Of a stretch of DNA of 64,000 bases, positions 23,482 to 35,039 are shown piece after piece. The stretch's first letter is position 1, and each line of letters opens with the position of its first letter. This stretch comes from Cyanidioschyzon merolae (taxonomy: Eukaryota). Both the position numbers and the translations under genes were made by a program. The notes beneath the pieces were generated by a model, which worked only from the letters and a program-made list of their open reading frames with translations, made no database searches and was not told the origin of the DNA. Where the stretch lies: NCBI GenBank assembly GCA_000091205.1, contig AP006495.2; one strand, given 5' to 3'.

Positions 23482-24201
23482 GCAGGTACCGCTGGGACGT
23501 CCTCTTCGACTGCTGGGCGTAGCGAGTCGCGGGTCACAAAGTCAACGGCGGACGGCTTGCCAGCCTTCGAGGCAGACGGTCGGAGTTCGCTCGAGCAAAC
23601 ACTCTTGCCCATCTTTCAGCAGATAGCCATGACGTTTGCGGATCTGCACGATACAGCGGGTCGGATGCAACATAAGCGCGCGATTCGCCGAGTGGTACCC
23701 TGGCGAACAAGTCGCACGTTTTTCTACTGGCGCCTTCGACGTCGGCTCGCCGAGGAGGAACTGCGGAGTCGCGTTTCACAAGCGGATCCGCAACTCAGCG
23801 ACGCGGAGATCGATGCGCTGCTGCGGAAATGGGCAAGAGCACATGACCCCGCTCTGGACGGTGATATTTACGAACTTGATGATCCTCGTGTCGTGCAATG
23901 GCTCGAGGACGAATTGGATAGCCAGTTGGAGCGGCGTTTGCACAAACTCCGCGAAGCACGCGCCACCTGGCAAGCTGTGGAACTGGGGAATACAGCACCC
24001 GAGGCGTTGCTTGCGGCAATTGAGCGTATTCTCGTACAAATGGATGAAGTTGGTCGCAACGAATGGTTACGAACGCTTAGTGCGCGACTCGAGAACACCT
24101 CATCCGGTTTGGGTGATCTCGAGGCGCCCAGCTCGGGTGAGCAGGCCGCACCACGACGTGTCTTGTCGGGTCGTGGTCTGCTGCGACGCTTCCTCGGGTA
24201 G
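16042..24201 (+). CDS. ACC: Acetyl-CoA carboxylase, eukaryotic multidomain type (biotin carboxylase, BCCP, central domain and carboxyltransferase)
   Basis: The track start at 16033 is GTG, and the first ATG at 16042 sits just after an in-frame TGA at 16009. The biotin carboxylase domain has [51 protein letters not shown] and ELNPRLQVEHPVTE. The biotinylation motif EIEVMKM lies at about 18106-18120. The carboxyltransferase domain has [38 protein letters not shown]. The 2720-residue length reflects low-complexity insertions. Confidence 0.95.
21680..22720 (+). repeat. Low-complexity insertion of about 350 aa inside the ACC carboxyltransferase domain, including (GCGGAT)6 encoding DADADADADADA and an NTNTNANANTNN tract
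   Basis: The insertion lies between the conserved IEGKWVGP block and the PPLPYVPNTLMVVDNQGYVF block. It is S/A/T/N-rich, and the hexamer repeat is visible at 22055-22090. Confidence 0.8.
23424..23486 (+). repeat. (CAA/CAG/ATC)n trinucleotide tract inside ACC, encoding SSSSAAATAATTTTTTTTTTTAG
   Basis: Direct read of atcatcatcagcagcagcaacagcagcaacaacaacaacaacaacaacaacaacaacagcag. Confidence 0.9.
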
Positions 24202-24777
24202 TGCGCTACGACTCTGGAACGATTTGCGCGGGTTGCATCGGTGGTGTTGTCATCGTCGTCGACGCCGACGTCGATGGCAACGGCAGCCTCGTCCAGAGTC
24301 AGGAGTTTGCCGCGCGATGCTGTTTACCTATGGGGGCGTCGGGGAGCTTCCACGACGTTCGGTCGTGGAAAACATACATGGACGACAACGGAGCATTTTC
24401 GACGCTTGCGAACGCGCAAATGCACCAGCACAAGTCATAAACACGAAAAGAATCCGGGGTTTTCATTGCAACGATTCCGGCGAGGTACCCCAGCGGGCTC
24501 TGATCTGCAGAGGTGCTTGTCTAGACGTACGGCTACTCGAGTTGTCGCAGCGTCATGGACGTACTCGTCACGCAAATATGGTTTACGCTTGGGTTTCGGC
24601 TTCATTGCAGACGGCGTGCAGTGTCAACGCGCAAAGATACGCACACAAAGAAGCGCTTTGGTCTAGACGCGGGCATGGATGCTAGCACACCTCTCTAGAC
24701 GAACGAATTCGGTGCCGTGGACGAACCCCAGTACCTAGGTAGCTACACAAACGCGTACGCATGTCGATGCGTCGATG

Positions 24778-26421
24778 CTAGGGTTTATCAGGGCAAAGCG
24801 CATTGCAGCAAGCTGCTTGATCGGAAGCTCGCGAGCCCTGGTATCGATCGTAGTATCGAATACCACGTCCGTCAATGCGAACGAGGTAGTAGGTTCCGGG
24901 GAAGAGTTCCTCCAACGGTTCGGAGGGCTCGTAATCACAGGCGCCGTAGTTCTGTTCGCGAAGACGAAGCGTCTCATGAAAACAAGCAGGCGACGTCGGT
25001 ATCCGTGCTCCTAGTCGTTCTATGAGACCAACTCGTCGAAGAAGCGCCTCCGGAGAGGCCACGACCCGCATGGCGTACATTGACGCTGCCATGCCGCTGC
25101 CAAAACCGAAAAGAACCACCCGTTTGCCGAGTGTACGATCCCTCTCGGCATCGAGTAAGCACAGTAAATTACCAAAAAGCGAGGCGGTGTACGCGTTGCC
25201 GGTTTGTCGAGCCAGCGTCGTCGACGGAGCACACTTGGCGCGATACAGTGGCTCCGAGCATTCAAGCACGAGCTGCATCAGGGTTCGATCCCAGTAGGTT
25301 GACGGTGGCGGTACGCACACACCAGTCGGGTTCAGGTGCGCAGGGAGGCGTTTCAGCTTGGCAAGTTGCGCACGTAACGCACCCGATACGGCACGATGCT
25401 GTGAAGCCAGTTCAGGATAGCGCAAGTAGTCGTTGAGCACGAGTCGCGCAAACGATTTGCGCACCAGTTTGTTGAATGGTGCATGGAAAACCACATAATC
25501 GAGTTGCGTTGCGTCGGCATCCGCGACCGGTGTCACCGAAGGCTCAGCAAAAGCGGTGCTTGTCAGCAGGGTGCATCGAAGCGACTGTTGTTCGGTGACC
25601 TGCTCGGCACCGGGTCGACCGCTGGTTTCCGCCAGCCATACTCGTGTGCGTCGAGTCTGCTGCTCGACTCGTCCAGTAAACCTGGTGTAACAGATATCGA
25701 GTGCTCTAAAATAGCAAGCAATGCTTTCCGTGCCATTCACAATAGGATACTCTGTATCCTGTCGACGAGCAGGCTTGAAAAAGTCCCATGTGTTTTCAAA
25801 ATGGCTACTTTTAAGGCCCGGTTCCAGCACCAGGATGGGCTCTAGCTGCGGGTAGCGTTGGGGCTGCGCTCGACCAATGAGGAGCGCGACTGCGCCCGCT
25901 CCACCGGTTGCTCTCGCTGGTCCGCGCGGATACACGGCAATATCGCCGCACACCACGAGCCCGAAGCGACCATCAAAGAGGGTACAGCTCTCGCACCAAG
26001 CGATGGTGTTGAAGAGGGCATTGGTACCAGCGTAGCAGGCGTTGGTAGAATCGATGCCTTCGACCTCAAAGTTGCCGCTCTGTTCAAAGAGGGACATGAG
26101 CGCCGTCTTGATCGACTTGGCTCGATCGATGATGGTCTCGGTGCCGACCTCGAGCCTGCCGATGTCGTTGTATTCAATTCGGTATTTCTCCATGAGCGTC
26201 TGCACGACTGTCATGCACATCGAGCGCACATCCTCGCGATCGCCACAGAACGACATGGCTTGTTGTCCCAAACCGATGGTGTATTTCCCAGGGGTGACGC
26301 CGTCGAAGCTCTCCAGCGCCCGTTGATCGACATATTTGCGTGGGAAGTATACTTCAATGGCCAGAATACCTACCGGATCAAAGGTGGAGACTGAAGGAGC
26401 CAAAAGCTGCGCTTGTCGCAT
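24778..26421 (-). CDS. HMGCS: Hydroxymethylglutaryl-CoA synthase (cytosolic mevalonate-pathway type)
   Basis: Long collinear match to HMG-CoA synthase: VGILAIEVYFPRKYVDQRALESFDGV, GKYTIGLGQQAMSFCGDREDVRSMCMTVVQTLMEKY, GRLEVGTETIIDRAKSIKT, EGIDSTNACYAGTNALFN and GGAGAVALLIG. An ATG (minus strand) at 26421 sits just before the conserved N-terminus. The ORF is open further upstream to 26595, so a 58-aa N-terminal extension is possible. Confidence 0.9.
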   Translation of the reverse strand: MRQAQLLAPSVSTFDPVGILAIEVYFPRKYVDQRALESFDGVTPGKYTIGLGQQAMSFCGDREDVRSMCMTVVQTLMEKYRIEYNDIGRLEVGTETIIDRAKSIKTALMSLFEQSGNFEVEGIDSTNACYAGTNALFNTIAWCESCTLFDGRFGLVVCGDIAVYPRGPARATGGAGAVALLIGRAQPQRYPQLEPILVLEPGLKSSHFENTWDFFKPARRQDTEYPIVNGTESIACYFRALDICYTRFTGRVEQQTRRTRVWLAETSGRPGAEQVTEQQSLRCTLLTSTAFAEPSVTPVADADATQLDYVVFHAPFNKLVRKSFARLVLNDYLRYPELASQHRAVSGALRAQLAKLKRLPAHLNPTGVCVPPPSTYWDRTLMQLVLECSEPLYRAKCAPSTTLARQTGNAYTASLFGNLLCLLDAERDRTLGKRVVLFGFGSGMAASMYAMRVVASPEALLRRVGLIERLGARIPTSPACFHETLRLREQNYGACDYEPSEPLEELFPGTYYLVRIDGRGIRYYDRYQGSRASDQAACCNALCPDKP

Positions 26422-27862
26422 CGTATCCGGGTGAAGTGGCTCCGACTCCTGTGCAGCACTCGTTGTTGGCGGCATTCCGCAAAACCAAGGCCTGTTTTGT
26501 TCCCTGCGTGACAAGCATGAAGACGTCCGCTGCGTTTGCTGGTCAGACGAGCACCAGCTGTCTTTGTCTGATAACCAACTTGTCTGGAGCTCCATAGGCT
26601 GTAGTGCTCCACCGAGCTCTTTTTAACCGTGCCGGTCGCTTGTATTCTAGAAGCCGCGACACTTCAGGTCGGTCGATGTACAGCAACCCAACGCAAGCGG
26701 TGGCGCTTTTCGTGCAGAAGCGCGGACCTCGCCGTACGTATCGCTCAGGCTCCGAAACGCACCAGCGAGTTTCTCGTTCGCAGTGAGAGTTCAGCCACTC
26801 AGTTCGATGGACCAGGCTTGTCTAATCGACGCAATGTTCCACCATACATAGAAACATGGTGCAACCAAAGTCTTTCCCGAACGGCATGAGCCAACCGCTT
26901 TGCTCATACGTATCCAGCTGGGAGAAGCAGCAGCAGCGGCAGCGGCGATGGCGGCGGCAGCGGCGATCTCCACGCTTGGAGCCACCAGGGCTCGTGTCCG
27001 TTTTTTCTTTCTACGAGATAGCGCCCATGAAACACGGAGTGCAGGCAGTGCTCCTGCTTCCTGCTAGACGAACGGATACGATCGCGTGTCAACGAGATGC
27101 TCGAGTCGAGTCTGTCCGATTCTGGTGCTGGGAACATGACGGGTCTTTTCGTATACGCGTACGGCCTCATATCCGTTTATGTGAAACGGGATCTCGGATC
27201 CCAACCCAGTCGCTCCATCAACGTTCTTGTGAACAGTACCGAAGCTTGACATGCTGCGGCCTGTTTGGTAGCATTTCTCAGACAACTTTTGCAGCGGCAT
27301 CAATTGATCAAAAGACCTTCGAGTTGATAGAGTCAAACAGATTCCGTTTCGGGTGCACGGTGTTCAGCGTAAGGGCCAGGAGACGGGTGACTCATGCACC
27401 CGCTTATCGTAGAATGAGTACCATGGGGAAAACGGTAGATTTTTCGCCTGCTACCGGTGACGGAATCCAGACTTTCGGCGGTCTGGCTCCCGACTAGTGG
27501 ATGCATTCCTTCTATTGAATACTTCCGGGAAAACAGAACCCAATCGGCGTGATGGTATAGGTATTCCAGAATTTACTGCTCTGCGTCTACCAGCATGACA
27601 GTGCTAAGTTTAGATGCATCATTCGTGTACCATTTAGACTGTTCAAGGGATCGACTTCATCGCAGACAACATTTCGAAAAAAGACGGTATTGGCGTGTCA
27701 CAGCCGCGAACGGCCGGTCGTGCGCCTTGAACAACCCGAATGCGGGACGTAGCCAGTATGCACCGCAAGCTCCAAAGTACGGACCAACACCAAAAACCTA
27801 ATCGATTCAACTGCAGAGATGCCTGCTTGTGAATTCCAGCCAGTCGCGTACCGCCACGTGCT

Positions 27863-28597
27863 CTAGACAAGCTCGATGTATGCGAGTTCAGCGTTATCAC
27901 CTCGCCGAAACCCAGCACGTATGATCCGGGTGTAGCCACCGTTGCGGTCGCCGTAGCGCTCGGGAGCTGCCTCGAAGAGCGCATGCACCAGTTGCTTATC
28001 GTAGATGAAACCGATTGCTTGCCGTCGCGCCGCAAGCGTTCCTCTTTTCGCCAGCGTTATCATTTTATCTGCATACTGCCGAACAACCTTCGCGCGCACT
28101 ACAGTTGTCTTTATGCGTCCGTGCCGTAGCACTTCTGTAGTGAGCGCCCGGATAAGTGCTTTTCGTTGGTCAGCAGGCCGGTTCAACTTCTTGAGACGGT
28201 CTCCGTGGCGCATCGCTTCCAGGCTCAAAACGCCACTTCCAGCCGGCACCCGAGTCTGAACCGCAAAGTTGAAACGCGGAACTGGCACGCTGGGGATCAA
28301 CGGAGCGCCCCTGAAGACACTTGCCGGTCGCGCAGGCAGCACGCGACACGCCGCAACGCAGGACGCCGGTGCAACCCTCGCGAGAGGTGCTTGAACAAAA
28401 CCCAGTGTTATTCTAGAAAGCATTTGTCTAGAATCAGAACAGACACGAACACAAGCAACGAACTGGGAAAACGAAAGATACCCTGTGAACCGAGTCGAGA
28501 CGTCTTTCGCCAGCGTCGAACGTGGCGTCCAACACGATACCCCCAAAAGTGTCTTGTGATAGCGCCAAGCGCTCGACAATGTGCGCAGTGATGGCAT
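27863..28597 (-). CDS. Organellar (bacterial-type) ribosomal protein bL17 with a ~120-aa N-terminal extension
   Basis: The C-terminal half matches bacterial L17: [46 protein letters not shown] and [30 protein letters not shown] verified at 28597 (minus). The N-terminal extension is S/R/A-rich, consistent with a transit peptide. Confidence 0.8.
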   Translation of the reverse strand: MPSLRTLSSAWRYHKTLLGVSCWTPRSTLAKDVSTRFTGYLSFSQFVACVRVCSDSRQMLSRITLGFVQAPLARVAPASCVAACRVLPARPASVFRGAPLIPSVPVPRFNFAVQTRVPAGSGVLSLEAMRHGDRLKKLNRPADQRKALIRALTTEVLRHGRIKTTVVRAKVVRQYADKMITLAKRGTLAARRQAIGFIYDKQLVHALFEAAPERYGDRNGGYTRIIRAGFRRGDNAELAYIELV

Positions 28598-30136
28598 CCT
28601 ATCGAGTACGACGGCGGCGACGATCGGCGAGGCGCCGCCGTTGCACGCAAGTGGACGAAATTGTCATGATTGTACAGCTTTCAACATGCCCCAGATGTAG
28701 GCTGTGCTGCGCATCCGCGTGGCGCGGGCGCACCTCGGTATCCGTGTTCAGCGTCGTACCCGAGATAGACATCGCTACCATCTCTATTCCTGTGCGTTTG
28801 AGAAGAGCACCGCTCCAGTCAGCTGACCTGAACGTGCATACGAAAGTTTGGGTATCGTACGACGCTTGAGAATACCTGTCTGTTTTGCGAGCCGCTCTCT
28901 GCGATTGCTTCCTTTTACGCTTTCATCTCCAGCTTTACATTCGTTCTTCGCTTTTGTCTCTTTTGCTGTATTGTCTGCAGTTGATGAGTATTTTTGAGCA
29001 GCGCTAGAGACACGATATCGCTGCTTACGGGTGTTGTTGATGCATCTCATGCATTGGCAGTCTTTGCGAGCAACGAAGCTTCTTTGTGTCTAGCCGTGGC
29101 GCAGCGTGCACAATCGTGACGCCTACCTCGCGTAACGTGTTTCCATGGGTCCACGACACCTCATAGTCCTGCGAGATCCTCGCTGTGTGGTGCCTGACGA
29201 CTTGCGTCACCGCTCAGTACATGCTCGTGACGCGTACAGAGTGCTCTTCTCAATGTGCTCCTCCGTTTCCGCGTCTGATGTCTTATCTTTTGATCACAGG
29301 CCTCCTGTGGGCCATTCACCTGGGCGAGTCTCTTGATCAGTTGCACGCGCAATTGCACGCTGGCCAATGCGGTAGAGGATCTGTGGAGCGCGACATTGTG
29401 CACGATGCACCAAGCGCCGAGAGCAATATCCAGACTGGAGATCAAGTCGAGAGATTTCGAACCGTCGATGCTCTCTCCATGCGAAACGATGACGCAACCT
29501 CTTCCAGAGGAGATCGCTGAAAGAACTCAGGTTCGATACCAGGACCCTTTGCCATACGAGGAGAACAGGCGGGAGCCTCTGGGAGCATATCTCGTGAGCG
29601 CTGTGATGCTGCTTTCGAATGCCGTTTCTTCACTGGCTGCAAAGAGGAGTTGATTGATCGTCTAAACGTAATCGATTACTTCAAAGGACGAATCCAGTGA
29701 AATTTGCGCATGAACTTATGAACAAGTCTCAAAGGGACGATGTCGACGTTTTGTCCTGGTTCATCCAGCGACGTGAATCCTTGCGCCAACGAGATGCTTT
29801 AAGAAAGAAAAATCAAGAACTTGATCGATGCACGATTTGAACATGTTGCATGTATGGAGTTGGCAATCGCTGCGGCTCGTATGTATGATTCGGATCATGG
29901 CGTGGACTAGTTTACGGACCCGTGTTCGCGGGCGTCGCGCATCATCTAGGCTCCAGTGATGTAACGAATCCCAGCAGGAAAGCGTCAAGGAAGCCCATCT
30001 GAAACGCCAACCGATCATCCTAAAACTACGAATGAATCCGCAAGCCCTCATCCTTTCACATCTAGAAACCATTCGGGTAAAATCGAAAGGCAGGAACAGA
30101 GCCAGCAGTGCAGCCTTCCTTCAGAATCTGACACGC

Positions 30137-31072
30137 TCATAGCGCACGTCGCGTTGCAGCGGCCGCTGCAGCGCGCCGTCGGAGCACCAAAAAGCCGCTC
30201 ACGGTCCAGAAGGGCATGGCAAATCCCAGGTACCCGAGGGTTTGCATTAAATTCCATTTTGTGAAAAACATCACGAGCATCGCGAGCGCACTGCCCAGAC
30301 AAAGCTGCCACGCCAGTGCATGCGTTCCCAGGGACGCATCCAGCGCCCAAGGCGTTACAAGCAGGCCCTGTGCGAACGCCAGTGCGCACCACGCGAACCC
30401 AGCGGCAACGACAGTCGCGGTGCAGAGGCCTGCGACCAGAGGATACGTTTTCGGTGTCGAATGCGAATATTGAACGGCAAATTCGGGTCGAGGACCCCAG
30501 TGCACTGTAAAGTTTCGTTCAAAGATGCCGGGCCTCTCGGGTACCGGTGTCGGTCGCAGGTCGACTTTTAAGGTCGCGCTTCGACGATCAGCGGAGCGTT
30601 GGCCAGGCGGCGCTTCAAGCGACCACACCAGCGGTGCCTCGTCTCGCGCGCTCCCGGCAATAACTACCAGTGTCGCGAACGAGTCCTCCACCAGGTATGG
30701 TTCTTGTACCAGATGCTCCGCTGGCGAGAACCGAAAACCTATCGTGTTCTCGCGTCTCACGTTCGCTGTAAGGGCGTGCTGCACCCCAGTGTGCTCATTG
30801 AAGAGCAGAAAGAAAGCTTGCTCAGGAGCGGTGGCGAAGGGCTCGAGCTCGACCCAAAACTGCAGTGCGTCTCCGCGACTTAGTCTCAGTGGCAGGTGCG
30901 AAGCCAGACTCTGCCCGAAAGTATTCGCATCTCCGCTGATGCGGAGTGGCTCACCCGAACGCTCGACTTGGAGCGTTGCTCGTGCAACCTGGTAACCGAG
31001 TACTGGCTGCATGCCGCACACGCCGCTCAAAACCACGGAGATGCAGAGCAAAATCAGAAGAAACTTCACCAT
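30137..31072 (-). CDS. Hypothetical secretory-pathway membrane protein (signal peptide plus C-terminal hydrophobic segments)
   Basis: The track start at 31126 is TTG, and the ATG at 31072 gives MVKFLLILLCISVVLSGVCG, which is signal-peptide-like. The C-terminus has two hydrophobic stretches and a poly-Ala/Arg tail. I recognise no family. Confidence 0.4.
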   Translation of the reverse strand: MVKFLLILLCISVVLSGVCGMQPVLGYQVARATLQVERSGEPLRISGDANTFGQSLASHLPLRLSRGDALQFWVELEPFATAPEQAFFLLFNEHTGVQHALTANVRRENTIGFRFSPAEHLVQEPYLVEDSFATLVVIAGSARDEAPLVWSLEAPPGQRSADRRSATLKVDLRPTPVPERPGIFERNFTVHWGPRPEFAVQYSHSTPKTYPLVAGLCTATVVAAGFAWCALAFAQGLLVTPWALDASLGTHALAWQLCLGSALAMLVMFFTKWNLMQTLGYLGFAMPFWTVSGFLVLRRRAAAAAATRRAL

Positions 31073-32171
31073 TTCGAAACAATGTCTCGGTGAAAGGAAG
31101 TAGATCAACGCCTGTCGCCTTTGCAAGTACCCGCCAGCTGTGGTAGACTCGGCGCTCCCCGGCGTAGGTCGATTCCGTGGGAGAGGTGCGCGCGCGTTCG
31201 CGCCGGGCGCACGCTGACCCTGAGCGCCGCTGAGGCGCCTCGGCAGGTTGCTTCGACCCGTTCCTACAACACCTGTGAAGCATCATCATTGGGTGAATGC
31301 CTTTGGAATTTTTCGGGACCTTTCTAGATGCATTGCTTTGGTATGCGACATGCAGCAATAAGGGTTTCGGGATGCATGGAGAGTTCCCGGATTTTCAGGT
31401 ACATTCTCGAAGCGCCTCTTTCGACGCGTTGACGTTGGAATTTCATCACGCATTTCATCATAGACATCAGGACGTTTCACGAATCCCTTATCGAACGCGA
31501 ATGTGTGGGCACGCGCGTGCACCGGACGTAACCGCTCGCCGAGAGAATCGCCCAGAAGCAGCCCGTGATCCTGGTGTCCGGCCCTGAGCGCCCAAACGCA
31601 TGAGAGCGTCGACTGAGGCCTCCTGTACCCGTCAGTAGAAAGTGCCGAACGGTGCAGTTCGTATTTGCATCCTACAGGCCGGCCCTTATTAGAACTAGTT
31701 CTGGTACACAAGGAGAAACACCCGATCACAGTCAAATGTCACCGCTGCGACGAGAGAACCGAGGCTGTATGCATGGACGACGAAAATGGCAGCCAATTCG
31801 GAGATCCTAACTTGCCTCTGTGCATGACACGAATTGATAAAGGTCGTACGCTACTCATCCAGGTGTTCAACGCTGCCACCAGTATCGCTCGACTACGGAC
31901 AAGGCAGCTCGAGGGAAACTAGAGATCAAAGCATCTACATTCGAATCCAATAGAAAGGATATGGAGGCAGTTGTAGGAAAGGCTCGCAAAAGGCCACTGC
32001 TCACAACACTTGGGAGCGATGCAAATGTTAGAGCGTACGCTCGGGTTCGCTGCGTCGATCTATACGGTTCCGGTTTCTGACGCTTGTGTAGCGGAATACG
32101 ACGTCGGTAGTTGCGGTCGTGGACTGGCGATGCGCCGGCCACAGCCGCATGCGCGCTCATGATGTGACGCA

Positions 32172-33191
32172 ATGACCTGCTCGTACGTCTTGGACGCCTA
32201 CACGCGTTGCCGCGAGACAATGAAAGAGGGAGCACTGGTGGACGGCAGTGAGCACACAGGCTCCAGCTTCACGCCGATCTGGCGGAGAGTGTTCTTCGTG
32301 GGCACCGAATGGGACCAGATCGACGAGGTTTACAGGTTTCCGTGGGATTTCAGCCACCTCGACAGGGACGTGGTTCAGTTTCTGCAAGAGCCGTCGGCGT
32401 TTCGGTGGTATCTCTTCGGGGCCACTGAACCGCAACTCGTGCACTGGCAGCAACAGGAGACCGTTCTGCCTATTCCGGTAGTCGTCGTCGTCCAAAGTAA
32501 AGTGCCGCCGCCGGCACTCGTCGGCATCAAGTCCGTCCAGCGCACAACCGAGCAAGTCGTTCCGATGCGGGCCGTGAAAATGGAGTTCTTTCCACTCGAC
32601 GTATCCGAGATGGATGCGCACAACCTAACGCCGTCTAAGAAAAAGCTCGAAACTCAGCAACGCGTGACCGATCGAGTCCAGATTTTGCAGTGCGAACAGC
32701 GTCGAAGCAGTTTGCGGGCGCTGTCGGCGGAACGACTCCACCGCTATGACTACGTGCTGCCGTATGCGCTGCGGGCTGAGCTGCAGCAGGACGCCAACAC
32801 GGACCTGGTTGTTGATACAACCGTCGACGGTATCGCTGAGATACCTGAGCGCCCCGGACAACCGGTCCTTTTTGAGTTCGACTGGGAGATGGATATTCTC
32901 GAGGAATATATAACGGAACTGCTGGAGAGCGAGTCTCTGGCGAATACTGAAGCCAATCGAACAGCGCTGCGGCAAACGATTCAACAAGCTATTCAACAGA
33001 GACAGGCCGCATTGCGAGCGGAGCAGTCAGCGCGGGAACGACGCCTGCAAGCAATGACGCCCGCTGAGCGCGAGTCGTACCAGTCCATGCGTGTTATCAA
33101 GTATTATCCGCAGAATCGAGAGCCCAGTATTCAGGCCCTCAAAACAGCTTTCGTGAATCGTTATTACGGAAAAGCTGACGAGATACGATAA
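32172..33191 (+). CDS. Hypothetical conserved-looking protein, 339 aa, with an acidic and coiled-coil C-terminus
   Basis: Clean ATG-initiated ORF between two well-supported genes. It has no internal low complexity apart from a Q/R-rich C-terminal helix. I could not assign a family. Confidence 0.45.
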   Translation: MTCSYVLDAYTRCRETMKEGALVDGSEHTGSSFTPIWRRVFFVGTEWDQIDEVYRFPWDFSHLDRDVVQFLQEPSAFRWYLFGATEPQLVHWQQQETVLPIPVVVVVQSKVPPPALVGIKSVQRTTEQVVPMRAVKMEFFPLDVSEMDAHNLTPSKKKLETQQRVTDRVQILQCEQRRSSLRALSAERLHRYDYVLPYALRAELQQDANTDLVVDTTVDGIAEIPERPGQPVLFEFDWEMDILEEYITELLESESLANTEANRTALRQTIQQAIQQRQAALRAEQSARERRLQAMTPAERESYQSMRVIKYYPQNREPSIQALKTAFVNRYYGKADEIR

Positions 33192-33743
33192 CGAGGTTGA
33201 AGCGAGCATGAAGCGTTCTACGAAATCCCGTGGAGTGCGCTTGTCAGAGCCGTACACCAGCTGGCAATGAGCAGGAAGAAAAGCGGCCCGACGCTCGCGC
33301 CCTTATAGGTAAGCAGGCTTGCAAACGCGTCTCCATACCAAACGCATCCCTCGATATGATCCGGAATGGACGCGCGTACCAGTACAGCAGAGGCTTCCCG
33401 TGTCTATCCGGATGATGCGTTCGGCTTGGTGCATGGAAATTCGCCGGATTGATGAAGCATTCGTTCCTTCGCGGAATCTTGTTCTAAAGTCGGTGGAATT
33501 AGAAGCGTTACTGGGGGAGCTCAAGCGTTTTCCCTGTGCTAACCATTCATGCGCGCGCATGCATCCGAAGAAACCTGCTTCAGACCGAGAGAAAAAGAAC
33601 ACGAGGCCGTGCTGGCAGCTGCTGCAAACCGCAGACCGCCTCTGCTGCGGAACGGCAATCGCATACACACACACACACAGACACTGCTCGTGTCTCGTGA
33701 GAATGCTCGACGGGCGCCCAGGCTCCTACGTCGTGGAGCGGCG

Positions 33744-35039
33744 CTAGCTCCGAAGATCCAAGACCTCTGCGCTCTGCTCTATGATAGGAACAAATGCAAG
33801 TACACGATCCGCATCTGTACAATGGTAGGTAGCGCGCCACTGGGTGATGTCCTCGACCGACGTGCAAGCATTTGTCGGGGATACGCCCTCTGAGGCTTTG
33901 CATCCAGGCTCGGCAGCGTCTTCGTCGTCTTCGTTGTCCTTGTCGTCGGGACGGCATTGCATCGCCCCAGTGGACATCGAGGCATGCCAGCCAGATAGAA
34001 TGGCTCGCTGTACGGTTTCCATGCTCGCTTCGCGTCGCTGCACTTGACGAACTAGGACGCTGCTCCCGAATCGGTGAAAGTAGCGCGTATCGTAGATGCG
34101 TACGAGCTTGCGATCGATGCGAAGCCAGAACCGGGCCAACAAGTACCAAAAGGCTTGCCGCATGACCCGAATTCTCACGCTATAACTCGATATCCCCTGG
34201 TCATCGAGTTCATCTTCAAACAGAATTAACTCGGTATAAAATTCCGGCGGTATCTCACGCGACTGCAGCTCGGTTAGGGGCAGCGCTTTGGATACAGGCA
34301 CCGGTCGCCAGCTGCCTATCTGCAAGTGATCCGCCAGCGTACCTGCATAGGTCGTGGTGAAAGTCCAGTCCTTGGCGACCGTCAGCGGGACCCGCGCAAC
34401 GCTCGATACCTGCCGCTGCCAGGCGCTCGCTTCGTGGACTTGGGGCGGCGCTGCGGGTGCCGGCTGCACCTCGCGAAGCGCATCAACAGCGTTGAATCGA
34501 AGGATAGGCTGAAACCCTTCTGCAGCGTCATTACCGCAGTAACGCTCTATATGGATGTTGTTTTGCGTGAAAAGCATGCTAGGCAAGCTATGCAGGTCAC
34601 ACAAGCACGTCCGCTGCAGCAGCGAACGCTCCTCTTCGCCTGCGATGGCACCCCGCGTGACGCGTATCCGCCATTGACAGTGCTGGAAGTCTTGGCTCGA
34701 CGGAGAGGTCGGCAGCAGGTTCGACGCCGCCGGTTGCCTGGTGCCTGGGGTCTCCAAACTGCTCATGTCAGCAGCCGACGCTGCGACGAGCTGCCCTGTA
34801 CCCGGAAGCGCTCCGCTGAGGCCGCTCCGCTGGCCAGCGCTGCCGTTGCCGTGGCCCTGCGGATCCACCGGAGCGGAGCGTTGCCGACGCAGTCGTCGAG
34901 GCTGTCTCGTGTCGGTTGTTGTCGTTACGGGACCGGGGAGTGCTCTAGTCTGTAAGAGGTGTTCGGAGGGCAACAATTGCAATTCTGCAGTAGATCGGGA
35001 ACGGTGCTCAGGGCAGAGCGCAAGAGGGTGCTTTTCCAT
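33744..35039 (-). CDS. TIP41: TIP41-like protein (TOR signalling pathway regulator family)
   Basis: The C-terminal ~230 aa match the TIP41 family: WTFTTTYAGT, ELILFEDELDDQGISSYSVRIRVMRQAFWYLLARFWLRIDRKLVRIYDTRYFHRF. ATG verified at 35039. The N-terminal ~200 aa are low-complexity (P/S/A/R-rich). Confidence 0.75.
   Translation of the reverse strand: MEKHPLALCPEHRSRSTAELQLLPSEHLLQTRALPGPVTTTTDTRQPRRLRRQRSAPVDPQGHGNGSAGQRSGLSGALPGTGQLVAASAADMSSLETPGTRQPAASNLLPTSPSSQDFQHCQWRIRVTRGAIAGEEERSLLQRTCLCDLHSLPSMLFTQNNIHIERYCGNDAAEGFQPILRFNAVDALREVQPAPAAPPQVHEASAWQRQVSSVARVPLTVAKDWTFTTTYAGTLADHLQIGSWRPVPVSKALPLTELQSREIPPEFYTELILFEDELDDQGISSYSVRIRVMRQAFWYLLARFWLRIDRKLVRIYDTRYFHRFGSSVLVRQVQRREASMETVQRAILSGWHASMSTGAMQCRPDDKDNEDDEDAAEPGCKASEGVSPTNACTSVEDITQWRATYHCTDADRVLAFVPIIEQSAEVLDLRS

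Noticed and set aside
26904-27497. ORFs of 88-213 aa between the HMGCS and bL17 genes
   Set aside because: No similarity, (GCG/GCA)n-driven low complexity, and overlap with each other. This is most likely promoter or UTR sequence for the two flanking minus-strand genes.
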